Virus record (IMG/VR): IMGVR_UViG_2802429321_000001
Location: 1-64,000 of that record
Strand: one strand, 5' to 3'
Source of the DNA: a virus
Taxonomy: Duplodnaviria > Caudoviricetes
DNA: 64,000 nucleotides
Shown: piece by piece, positions 8,575 through 18,200 of the stretch
How positions within the stretch are numbered: the first letter of the stretch is position 1
Layout: every line of letters begins with the position of its first letter
Notes under the pieces: generated by a model
The model's input: only the letters and a program-made list of their open reading frames with translations
The model's database searches: none
What the model was told of the DNA's origin: nothing
Position numbers and translations under genes: made by a program

Positions 8575-9543
8575 TCACAGGCCCTTCGCGGCCATCCAGG
8601 TACGGACCGCGGTCGCGGCACGTTTGTTGTCCCCAGAGTGGTGTTCGCTCAGCCACGGCCCCAGAGCCGTGGCCAGAGCCTGGTCAGCAGGGTCCACAGA
8701 CGGCCCAGGAGGCTGAGGCGTGGGAGTGGGGTTGCCGGGAAACGGCCGCCCGGTGAGGGCGGTGTAGCCCGCGGCGAGGGCGGGCAGGTTCACCCCCTGC
8801 TGGAACTCGATGCTCCCAAGGTGCTCAGGCCAGATGACGACCCACGCCTCCGAGATCTGGCGGCGCTCGAAGGTCTGGGTCATGCCGATCTCGGTGCCCC
8901 AGCTGACGACTGCGATGTCGGAGCCCGTGCCGGCGCTGGTAAAGGCGACACCAAGGACTGCGTGCCCACCCCACTGGGAGGACGGCACGTAGTTCCACGG
9001 CATGTGGTTGTCGGTCTGCTGCTGCTGCGCGGTTTCCAGGTCGACACCGAGCAGGACGGACCCGAACAGGTCGATCGCCGCACGCAGCTCGTCCGGGTCG
9101 GACACGTTGACCTTGGCGTAGGCCAGGGGCTTCACACCGCGGATGCCGTGAGCCTGCAGTTGGGCGAGCATGTCCGCGAGGACGACGCCGTTGTCCCCGG
9201 TGCCCGCGGACGGGTCAAAATCCGGGTTGCACAGCTTGTACAGGGCGAGTGCGTCGTCCGTGATCAGGTTCAACGCGGTACCGGTGAGGTACTGGGAGAC
9301 CTGCATCCGCATGTGGCATGCCGCGGCGGGCCCGCAGTCGCCCCACTGGTCGTTGCCCAGCATCTCCCAGTTCGCGACCTTCGACCCGAAATCCGCGCTG
9401 GATGGGTGCGAGGGGACGACGCCAGTGAGGTAGTGGGCGAGCTTCAGTGCGGGTCTCTGTGGGTCGTGCGGGCGTCGACCGAGTCTCCTGCCAGGGATTG
9501 TCTCGGTCTCGACGTGTCGGTCGACGGGAGGCTGGCTGGACAT
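8575..9543 (-). CDS. Papain-like cysteine peptidase (possible second lysin)
   Basis: NDQWGDCGPAA, GGHAV, VSWG; ATG 9543 with GAGGAG RBS. Confidence 0.75.
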   Translation of the reverse strand: MSSQPPVDRHVETETIPGRRLGRRPHDPQRPALKLAHYLTGVVPSHPSSADFGSKVANWEMLGNDQWGDCGPAAACHMRMQVSQYLTGTALNLITDDALALYKLCNPDFDPSAGTGDNGVVLADMLAQLQAHGIRGVKPLAYAKVNVSDPDELRAAIDLFGSVLLGVDLETAQQQQTDNHMPWNYVPSSQWGGHAVLGVAFTSAGTGSDIAVVSWGTEIGMTQTFERRQISEAWVVIWPEHLGSIEFQQGVNLPALAAGYTALTGRPFPGNPTPTPQPPGPSVDPADQALATALGPWLSEHHSGDNKRAATAVRTWMAAKGL

Positions 9544-9557
9544 GCTGTTGCTGCTCC

Positions 9558-9941
9558 TCACTGGCCGGCGACTTCGAGGCACCAGGCGATGGGATTGTCG
9601 GTGGAGGTCGACTTGACCAGTACCGAGATGAGCTGTGTGCCCTCCGGACACACGACGCTGTAGCGGGTGTCCTGCGCGAGCTCGACATCCGCCTCATCGA
9701 GGTAGACGGGGCCGCCGTTGGCTTGCCCGATGTACCAGACGTGCACGCTCGCCGATCCCCACCCAGTGGAGAGGCTGAACCACGATGCCTTCGAGATAGC
9801 CGAGCAGGACGCATCGCACGGCCACACCAACTGGTGCTTACTGGGCTCGCTGTGGAAGGTGGGTGAGCTGGCGGTCAGCTTGAGACTGCCGTCGGTGTTG
9901 CGGTCGTAGTAGCCGCTTGGCCGGAATTCGCCCATGGCCAT
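9558..9941 (-). CDS. Putative stand-alone lysin cell-wall-binding subunit
   Basis: Same frame as the GH25 gene, one TGA apart; GGAGG RBS; beta-rich. Confidence 0.6.
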   Translation of the reverse strand: MAMGEFRPSGYYDRNTDGSLKLTASSPTFHSEPSKHQLVWPCDASCSAISKASWFSLSTGWGSASVHVWYIGQANGGPVYLDEADVELAQDTRYSVVCPEGTQLISVLVKSTSTDNPIAWCLEVAGQ

Positions 9942-9944
9942 GAG

Positions 9945-10634
9945 TCAGCCCTCCAAGAGCAGGAAGTTGGTCTGGTCGGTTGTGGCCGCAGCAGGCTGCC
10001 TGCCGCCCCCCGTGAACAGTGAGATCAACTGCTCACGAGTGCCGCGGTACGCGGAGCAGTCCATGCCGCTGATGCCCGCAACGACACCCCGGTCGGTGAA
10101 CTGCCACATCTCAACCCCCAGCCCCCCGTACCCGGTCCAGCCGGACCCGCTGTCGCCGCCGACCGTGTCGTAGATCTCGGACGCATAGGTGGTGGCCGAA
10201 CTGGGATAGCCCGAGGACCACAGTGCGGGGAGTCCGGCGAGACTCGGGGAGCCGATCTGCTGCCAGAACCAGTGCGGGAAGTACACCAGCGGCACGTGGT
10301 ACCCAGCAGCGGTGAACGCGTTGTACATGTCGACGCTCACCGGGTACTCCCCGGCGCCATCCGCCTCGGAGTCAAGGACGATCGTCGACCCCGCGGGGAT
10401 GACGCGTTCCGCGAGGGCGATCTCGCCAGCCTCGTCAGCGGTGTGCACGAACACGTAGGAGGCCGTGACTAGGCCGGCGGCGACGGACGCCGCGTACTGG
10501 GCTCCGTAGTAGGGGTTGATGTAGTTGTCGCCCTCGATCGCCTTGATGATGGCGAAGTCGAAGCCTTCGGCCTTGGCCTGCGCGAAGTTGAAGCCAGCCT
10601 GGTAGCTGGCCACGTCAACACCGAAGATCGTCAC
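9945..10634 (-). CDS. Endolysin, GH25 muramidase catalytic domain
   Basis: FGVDVASYQ, IIKAIEG, VLDSE, MWQFTD. Confidence 0.92.
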   Translation of the reverse strand: MTIFGVDVASYQAGFNFAQAKAEGFDFAIIKAIEGDNYINPYYGAQYAASVAAGLVTASYVFVHTADEAGEIALAERVIPAGSTIVLDSEADGAGEYPVSVDMYNAFTAAGYHVPLVYFPHWFWQQIGSPSLAGLPALWSSGYPSSATTYASEIYDTVGGDSGSGWTGYGGLGVEMWQFTDRGVVAGISGMDCSAYRGTREQLISLFTGGGRQPAAATTDQTNFLLLEG

Positions 10635-11170
10635 GTTGACCTGCTTCCTGCTGCGTGCAGCATGTGTGCATGGATGGCGTCAGCTCGGGCACGTGCCTCG
10701 GCGGCGACAGCCCGGTCCCGGATCACCACGAGCGCGTTGTCCTGTAGGCGTTCCCCACTGGTGGACCAGTTCGTGGATCCGGTGATCACGTCGAGCCCAT
10801 CAACGATCAGGAGCTTCAGGTGCATGAGCGCGCCGTGCTCGCTCGTTCCGATCGCGATCGAGTTCCCCGGCAGACCAGCAGCGGCGATCAGAGCCCGCTC
10901 GTGCGGGTTGATGGCCTGCGTGGAGTCCAATGACAGCTGTACGACACACTGCGGGTCGGCGAGCTTGTCATGCAGTGCACTCGCGAGGACGTCATCGTCG
11001 AACGCGTACAGGGCCGCGACCAGTGATGTCGTAGCGGACTGCACAAGGGTGGCGAGGACGGCATGGACCTGGTCCACTGGCGCGTAGAACGTCCTGAACG
11101 ATGGCGGGTAGTCGGCGCTGAAACCACCGGCCTTATACCCGTCCAACACAGACAGGCTGGGCAGAGCCAC
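10631..11170 (-). CDS. Phospholipase D-superfamily enzyme (single HKD)
   Basis: HLKLLIVD...TGSTNWS...DN. Confidence 0.9.
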   Translation of the reverse strand: MALPSLSVLDGYKAGGFSADYPPSFRTFYAPVDQVHAVLATLVQSATTSLVAALYAFDDDVLASALHDKLADPQCVVQLSLDSTQAINPHERALIAAAGLPGNSIAIGTSEHGALMHLKLLIVDGLDVITGSTNWSTSGERLQDNALVVIRDRAVAAEARARADAIHAHMLHAAGSRST

Positions 11171-11248
11171 GACTACACCAGCACCAAGTCGGCGCCGGTC
11201 TCCGTGGCCGCCGAGTCCTTGAATAACGCTGCCACAGGGAAACTCCTG

Positions 11249-12085
11249 TCAGAGGGGGGACCACTCGAACGTCACGCGACAGTTCGGGGACACGTATGAG
11301 GCTGCCGCGGATGTGAACACGGTGACCGCGACCGTCACAGGCGATCCGGAGGGGGAACGGATCTCCGCGTACGCCTGACATGCCGCCCACCCAGACACCG
11401 CAGTCGCCGAGTTCGCCGTGTAGATCGTCGTCGACATCGACGCAGTGCTCGTTGTGGAGTTGAGGGCGAGGATCGTGGACTGATTCGTCGCAACAGCAGC
11501 ATGAACCCGCCAGATCCCCGCACCCAGCGACCACGAGTTGCCACCGGACAAGGTCAGCCCAACCCCGGATCCCTCAGCCAGGGTGAACGAGGCGAGCGTG
11601 TTCCAGCCGCCACCCGCACCGAGTGTGCCCGTGGTCGTGTACCGGGAGTACAAGCCGATCGGTATCACTGACTGGTTGGTCCACGTGGTGCCGTTGTAGA
11701 CCAGTGCCTGGTTGGCGGTCGGGCTGGAGATCGTGACATCGGACTCGGCCGCGAGGGTGCGGGTGGTGTTGTTCCACTTCCCGGTGCCCGAGTTGTAGGT
11801 CAATGCCTGCCCCGATGACGGGGAGGAGACGGCTACATCGGTTTGCGCGGCGAGGGAGGAGGTGTGCACGTGGTCGTAGCGTGCCGCCGCTGTACCCGTT
11901 CCCGCGGAGACGGGCGACCCGATCCCGCTGGGTGTCTGCCCAGCCGTAGCTAGTGGGGCGCCGCCGTTCGCGGTGGTAGCGCCCGCTGTGTTCTGCTGCA
12001 TGCGGCGGACCGTCTGCTCGAGGCGGGCGAGCCTATCGACCAGGGACTGGTCAGGCTTCGGGACAAACCCGGGAGCCGTCATCAC
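11249..12085 (-). CDS. Tail fibre / receptor-binding protein
   Basis: Two SDVxxSSPxxxQALxYNxxxW fibre repeats; last tail gene. Confidence 0.75.
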   Translation of the reverse strand: MMTAPGFVPKPDQSLVDRLARLEQTVRRMQQNTAGATTANGGAPLATAGQTPSGIGSPVSAGTGTAAARYDHVHTSSLAAQTDVAVSSPSSGQALTYNSGTGKWNNTTRTLAAESDVTISSPTANQALVYNGTTWTNQSVIPIGLYSRYTTTGTLGAGGGWNTLASFTLAEGSGVGLTLSGGNSWSLGAGIWRVHAAVATNQSTILALNSTTSTASMSTTIYTANSATAVSGWAACQAYAEIRSPSGSPVTVAVTVFTSAAASYVSPNCRVTFEWSPL

Positions 12086-13236
12086 GCCACCCCCGCGGTC
12101 GACTGCAGCGTCAACTTGGCGGTCCGGTAATCGACAGAGTCGATGCCCGTAATCCGCAGCGTGTAGTTCCCGTCCGGGATCCGTCGATGCCGTTGCACAC
12201 AGAACGTGCCCGTGTCACCCACGCTCACCTGGTCGATCGTTGGGGACCCAGTGAGTTGCCCTGTGCCGTCCGTGCCGTCGATGCGGACCGTCGCGCTGAA
12301 CGTGGCCACCGGGTAGGCGTAGGTCTGCACCGTGGCCTGCGCGTAACTGGCCAACGTGGTGGTGTTGGTTTCCTGCGTGTTCGCGCCGTTCACACCCTCC
12401 AGCAGCGGATACCCGGCGGTCACGAGCGTCGGGTCGTAGTAGGTGCCAATCGCCAGGTTGTACTGGGATCCGGAGCCACGCGCATAGTCGGCGTGCTCCA
12501 TCATCGAGCCGTCCGTCGCGTAGTCCAAGCTCGTCAGCGAACCGCGGTCCCCGTAGTCCCACACCCACGGTGCACCGATCTGCCCCAGCCGTGGGGAACC
12601 CGCGCGCAGCGTCCACTGGATGTAGCCGGGAGTCGCGGAGAACGTGGGCCGGAACTCCAGTTCCACGTTCGTGGACAGGGAGGTGACGTTGGTGAGGGCG
12701 TCAGCGACGAGGCTCATGTCGTAGCCGTAGTACTGCTGGGTGACCGTGCTGGCCGCGTCCAGGGTTGGTGTCACGATCGGCAGGCTGTTGCGGGTCGTGG
12801 TGTCAGCGACGAGCTGGATCGCGATGTTCCGCCACGTCGTATTCGCGTACAGCGTGTCCGCGCCGGACACTGCGGGGTTCGCGCCAGCAACCCACGTTGG
12901 GGGAAGGACGAGGCGCTTGGATAGGTACTTCCACATGCCCGCGAACGTGAGCTGCGACTTGCCCTGATTATCCGTGTAGGACTCGCCCATGACCGGGCCG
13001 GCTTGGACGACGAACTGCTTGTAGCAGATCGCGACCGAGTAGTGCCAGGGCTTGGAGATCTCCTCGAAGTCCGCCTTGGACATGCCGGTGCCGCCGAGGG
13101 GGACGGTGACGCTGCCCCCACCCGCGTCATTGATCTTGTAGCTGTAGGACAGTGAGTCAACGAACGGCAGCTCCGTCAGGATCTGCCCGGTCTTCGTGTT
13201 GACCGCGTACGCAACCCAGTCATCGGCGTTCGGCAT
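12082..13236 (-). CDS. Minor tail protein (hub/Tal-like)
   Basis: Position after Dit; LSYSYKINDAGGGSVTVP. Confidence 0.75.
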   Translation of the reverse strand: MPNADDWVAYAVNTKTGQILTELPFVDSLSYSYKINDAGGGSVTVPLGGTGMSKADFEEISKPWHYSVAICYKQFVVQAGPVMGESYTDNQGKSQLTFAGMWKYLSKRLVLPPTWVAGANPAVSGADTLYANTTWRNIAIQLVADTTTRNSLPIVTPTLDAASTVTQQYYGYDMSLVADALTNVTSLSTNVELEFRPTFSATPGYIQWTLRAGSPRLGQIGAPWVWDYGDRGSLTSLDYATDGSMMEHADYARGSGSQYNLAIGTYYDPTLVTAGYPLLEGVNGANTQETNTTTLASYAQATVQTYAYPVATFSATVRIDGTDGTGQLTGSPTIDQVSVGDTGTFCVQRHRRIPDGNYTLRITGIDSVDYRTAKLTLQSTAGVA

Positions 13237-13239
13237 GGG

Positions 13240-14388
13240 TCACGCCGGGACGGGGATGACGACGACACGGAATTGGAACCACTGGCTGGTGGGCAGCGCA
13301 TCGATGTACTGCAGCGTGTTCGGGTTCAGGATCTGGAACACCACCGTCTGGGAGCCCGTGAACACGGGGGATGAGGTCAGGCACACCTCGAGGTACGAGT
13401 TGTAGGTTGCGCCCGCTACGAGTGGCGTCCGGTTCCTGGCGTAGGTTGTGGCCCCAACGATGATCAGGCCGTCGACGACGGACAGCTGCGTCGGGTTGGC
13501 CGAGTTGTTCTGCACGAAGCACTCGCCGACCGCCTCGATCCGGTACGCGAACCCGGGGTCAGGGATCGTCAAGGTACCGACGTTGTAGGTGTTGCCGAAC
13601 CCGATGTGCGTCGAGTCGCTCGCCGCGGTCGGCTGATCGAACGGCCTGTTGCCGACCCCGTGCCATTTGCCGTCCGCGCCCCACACTCGCAGACCGGACT
13701 TGAGGGACGTCACCCCGTCGTAGGTCGTCTCGCCCAGGTAGGCGCCCGGGTCGGCGTTCGCGTCCCCCGGGAGGAGGCACCGGACCCCGCCGAACGTCGA
13801 GGCGGACTTGCGGACGTCCGTGATCTGCGCGGACGTGATGTTGTTCGAGTTGCCGTTCGAAGCGAACGTGGGCCGCAGGATCTGCGCCAACGGGATCGCG
13901 CCAGTTGGGATCGACGGCGCTACCGGGCTCGCCGCTGGTGTCCCGTCCACGTACGTGATCTGCGCACCCTGAGTGCCCGTGTCACTGATCGCCGCGTCCA
14001 CGATCTGCGCGTACACCACATCGATCCGAGGGTTGCTCGTGGGGTTCGCGTCCATCGACATCGTGAACGACGCGTTCCAGTTCGCCAGATACGGGCCCGC
14101 CGCGGTACCCGTGCGGCCGATCAACGCGTTACCGGCGTTGATGAGCACCCCCTGGGATGCGGATACGGTCTGGTTGACCTGCAGGTCCATCGGGATGTTC
14201 CCGTTGACACCGGTCACCGACGTGGACCCGAACACACCGCTCCGCCACGCCGTCTGGGGTGCGGTCTGCGCGCCCGCGGACGCGGTCAGCGCACCGATCC
14301 ACGCCTGCCGGTAGTTCGCCGCGGTGTTGATCGCGGTCGTACCGTTGGCCGCCATCATCGGGACGGCACCGTTCGCCTGCTGCGCCAT
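13240..14388 (-). CDS. Minor tail protein
   Basis: NPRIDVVYAQI...GTPAASPVAP motif of actinophage minor tail proteins. Confidence 0.8.
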   Translation of the reverse strand: MAQQANGAVPMMAANGTTAINTAANYRQAWIGALTASAGAQTAPQTAWRSGVFGSTSVTGVNGNIPMDLQVNQTVSASQGVLINAGNALIGRTGTAAGPYLANWNASFTMSMDANPTSNPRIDVVYAQIVDAAISDTGTQGAQITYVDGTPAASPVAPSIPTGAIPLAQILRPTFASNGNSNNITSAQITDVRKSASTFGGVRCLLPGDANADPGAYLGETTYDGVTSLKSGLRVWGADGKWHGVGNRPFDQPTAASDSTHIGFGNTYNVGTLTIPDPGFAYRIEAVGECFVQNNSANPTQLSVVDGLIIVGATTYARNRTPLVAGATYNSYLEVCLTSSPVFTGSQTVVFQILNPNTLQYIDALPTSQWFQFRVVVIPVPA

Positions 14389-14391
14389 GGC

Positions 14392-15258
14392 TCAGTACCA
14401 CGTGTTTCTGTAGGAGACGGTCAACGTTCCGGTGTCACCGGGCGATCCACTGCGGAACTGGATCGTGATCGAGGACTGCGCTGGGATCGAGAACCAGTTG
14501 TTCGCGGTCAGCAGGGCCCTGCGGTTGATGCCGCCCTGCGTCACCGCACCCGTGTTCGTGTTGATCACCACCGAGTCCGTGGACGATAGGGTCGCGTTGT
14601 AGGTCAACGTGTCCCCGGTGTCCGCGCGCGTGATCGTCGGTGTCGTCAACGCCCCGGCGAGGGTAAACGTCATGTCCGCGTCCGCGGTGCCCGTGTTCGT
14701 CACGACCAGCGAGCCGCCAGACCCTGGGGTGCCGTAGTTCACTGGGTAGGTCACCGGGTACGAGACGCCGCCGGTTCCGGCGGTGGTCAGCCCCGTCGAC
14801 AGGGTCGTGAGGGAGTTGTCCAGTTTCCGCAGGTCCGGGGCCATCAACTGCAGGCTGAACGCGACGCTCTGCCACGAAATCGGGGTCGTCGTGATCGGCG
14901 CGTCCAGGGCGACGTTGATGTACCGCGCAGAGTTCGCCGACGTCACTGTCAACGGGTACAGCGACTTCGGGTCGGGGCAGACCGCGGACAGCGTGTCGAT
15001 CGCGTTCTGCAAGGTCGCCACCGATGGGGCCGACAGAGTTCCCTCGAGGACGATGACTCGGGCCCCGCGGTACTCCACGCCCCGGAACACGCCGCGTGAC
15101 GCAGGCTTGTCGTTCCGGATCGCTTTCACCGCGGGGCTGCCGAACCAGCCGTCCTCTTTGGTCAGAATCCAGTCGCACCCATTGGTGTCGGTGGATCCGT
15201 TGATGGTGATGCCGCCGATACTGAACTGGGAGCCGTACCACAGGGCGTCGTACTGCAC
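14392..15258 (-). CDS. Distal tail protein (Dit)
   Basis: Directly after TMP; LMAPD, VTNTGT. Confidence 0.85.
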   Translation of the reverse strand: MQYDALWYGSQFSIGGITINGSTDTNGCDWILTKEDGWFGSPAVKAIRNDKPASRGVFRGVEYRGARVIVLEGTLSAPSVATLQNAIDTLSAVCPDPKSLYPLTVTSANSARYINVALDAPITTTPISWQSVAFSLQLMAPDLRKLDNSLTTLSTGLTTAGTGGVSYPVTYPVNYGTPGSGGSLVVTNTGTADADMTFTLAGALTTPTITRADTGDTLTYNATLSSTDSVVINTNTGAVTQGGINRRALLTANNWFSIPAQSSITIQFRSGSPGDTGTLTVSYRNTWY

Positions 15259-15270
15259 GATTCGCTCCCC

Positions 15271-18200
15271 TTACCGCATCAGCATCTGCGAGCGCTGCCG
15301 GCGTTCGATCTCGGCGGCGACCGACGCGGGATCGTGGGTGGTGACGTGGTAGTGGTGCTCCCCGCCTGCATTACCCGAGGCGACCGCCGACTTCAGGGTC
15401 TGCCACTGTCCCGCCGAGAACACCGGCTCCGGACGCCCCGAGGCGTTGATAACCGGCGTGATCCCTGGCTGCAGCCAGCCGCCGTCGTCGTAGCCGCCGG
15501 CCTGGTTCAGCGCGGACAACGACCCATACCGGTGCAGGGCATAGTTGAGGCCGGAATACACGTTCGCCAGCGGGTTCGTGCTGACCCCGTACGAGAACGG
15601 GCCAGTGCCCGCGTACGGGCCCGCGTAAGCCCCGAACGTCGGGCCGATCACCTGCATCAAACCCACCGACGGCGTACCGGCAGCCCAGTTCGAGTCCGTG
15701 GTGTTGACGATCGAAGGGTTGCCGCCCGACTCTTGCTGCATCCTGCGAAGAACCGTCTGCTCCATCGACAGTGGCTGCCCGAGCAGGGTCAGTGCCTGGT
15801 CCACCACGCCCTTCCACTGCTGCACACCGGCACCAGCCGTGTACTGAGCCCCATTCCCCGCCGCGAACCAGGACCGCACCTTGTCGATCGCGCCCTGAAC
15901 GACCTTCCCGGGAATGTCGGTCAGCGCGGTCCGCCACTCCGAGCTGCCACCTGGGGTGGACGCGGTCTTCCCGATCGCGCCCTCGAACAGTTTCGTGACA
16001 CCGCCGACGATGTCACCCGCGAGAGAAGCAACCCAGCTGGCCGCGTCGGTGATCCCGTGCCACACCGCCTGAGCACCCGATGAGAGCGCGTTCCAGGCGT
16101 CACCGAGCCAGCCACCAGCCGCGTGCACGGGGATCCCGTTGGCCTGGTTGCCGCCGGTTCGGCCGGACATCGCGTTCAGGCCGAGGATCGTGTCCGTACC
16201 CAGGAACCGGACCGCTTCCGGGGTGAGGACAGCCTCGCCGGGGGACAGCATGGCGGGGATCGAGTCGATGCCCGGGGCGTACCCAGGTAGGACGCCACCG
16301 CCAGCCCAGGCCGACGTTTTGACCGGGTTGAGGTCCCCGAGGCCGAACAGGTGCGCGACACCGTTCCACAGAGGGACGATCGCATCGTTGTACACCAGGT
16401 CCACAATGAACTTGGCGGGGACCTTGACGATGTCCATGACCTTGTTCCAGGCGGTCTTGATGCCCTCGACCGCGAGCTCGAAGCCATGCCTGATGCCGTC
16501 GACAGCTGCGCTGATCGCGTCACCGACTGGCTTGATGACGTGGTCGTACAGCCAGGAGAAGATGTCGCCCCACGCCTGGATCCCGGCCTTGATGTAGTTG
16601 ATGACCGGCTGGATGACGTTATTCCAGATCCAGTTGAAGATCTGGCCGATCGCGTCGAAGTAGGGCTTGATCACCGAGTCCCACAGCCAGCGGACCACGG
16701 CACCCAAGAACTGGATGCCCTGCTGGATGTAGCCGATGATCGGGGAGATCACGTTGTCCCACACCCAGTGGAAGATCGCGCCGATGGCATCGAAGGACGG
16801 CTTGATGATGCTGGTGTAGAGCCAGGTGAAGATCGCGCCCCAGAGTCGGACGCCAGCGACGATGTAGTCGATGACGACCTTGATGACGTTGTCCCACACC
16901 CAGTGCACGATGGCGCCGATCGCGTCGATGTAGGGCTTGATGATGGCGGTGTACAGCCACACGAAAGCTGGGGCGAGCACGTTCTTGACGAGCAGGACGA
17001 TCGGCTCCACGAGGAACGCTGCGACGATCGCCGCTGCGACCCGGAACACCAGGAAGATCCCGTCGAACACTGGCTTCAGGATGGTCTCCCACAGCCACAC
17101 GAACGCCTTACCCACGGCCTGTGCGGCTGTGGTGAGGGCGTCTCCGATCTGCTTCGCGTGGCTGATGACGAGGACAAACAGGCCGACGATCAGGGTGATC
17201 GGCGCAAAGATGATTGCTAGGGCGGTTGCGAAGATCTTCCAGTGGTCCACGACCCAGTCGATGGCGACCCCGAGGGCGTGCCACACCGCGAGGAACACGT
17301 CCTTGAGGAAGTTCCCGACCGCCTGGACGACGTTTCGGAAGCCCTCGAAGTGCGTGTAGGCGTAGATCAGTCCAGCGGCGAGCGCTGCGATCCCAGTGAC
17401 GATCAGCATGATCGGGTTCGCGTTCAGCACCAGGTTCAGCGCCGCCTGGGCGAGAGCAACCAGCTTCGTTGCGAGCGCCCAGGCTTCCATCGCGAGCTTC
17501 ACCGCGAGGAGCGGCGCCGCGAGGCCGCCGATGACCGCGGCGATCAAGCCGATCCAGTTCGAGTTCTCGCTGATCCACTTGCCCATGTCGATTAGGCCAC
17601 GTACGAAGTTGCCGACCCAGTCGAGGGCTTGGGTGGCCACTGGCAGCAGCTTCTCGCCGATCGCGATCATGAACGCGCCTAGTTGAGCCTTGGTCTGATC
17701 CAGCTTCTGGTTGAAGTTGCCCTGGATCTCGCTCCAGCCCAGAACGTTGTGCCCGGCCTCGTCAGTCGACTCCGCGATCTTGTCGATGTTCTCCAACGTC
17801 GACTTCGCGTTCTCCCCGGTCAGCATCAACGCGACGTTCATACTCGTGGCGTTGCCAGTCGCCTTCGCCAGAGCCTGCGTGTAGGTCTGCGCCGTCGTCG
17901 ACCCCGACTTCAACGCCTGCGAGAACCCCTCGGCGTTGTTCCGCATCGTGACCCACTGCTGCAGCAGCGCGGCCTGGTCCGCGGGCAACGCCTTCAGGCC
18001 CTGCCTCCACTCGTTCATGGAGATCTTGCCGGTGTTGAACTGGTCCGCGATCTTCTGCAAGCTCGGAGGGAGCGCGCCGTACATCTTCTGCGCGTCCTCA
18101 GCGGCGATCTTCGACTGGTTGAACGTCTGCAACAGAACCTGACCCTCAGGCCCCATGTGCTGCATGATGGCGTCACTGATCGAGATCAGCGCGCCACTCA

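Noticed and set aside
11173-11235. 20-aa ORF between the tail fibre and PLD genes
   Set aside because: Has a plausible RBS but is too short to support.
11249-14388. Diversity-generating retroelement target
   Set aside because: No reverse transcriptase and no TR/VR pair seen.
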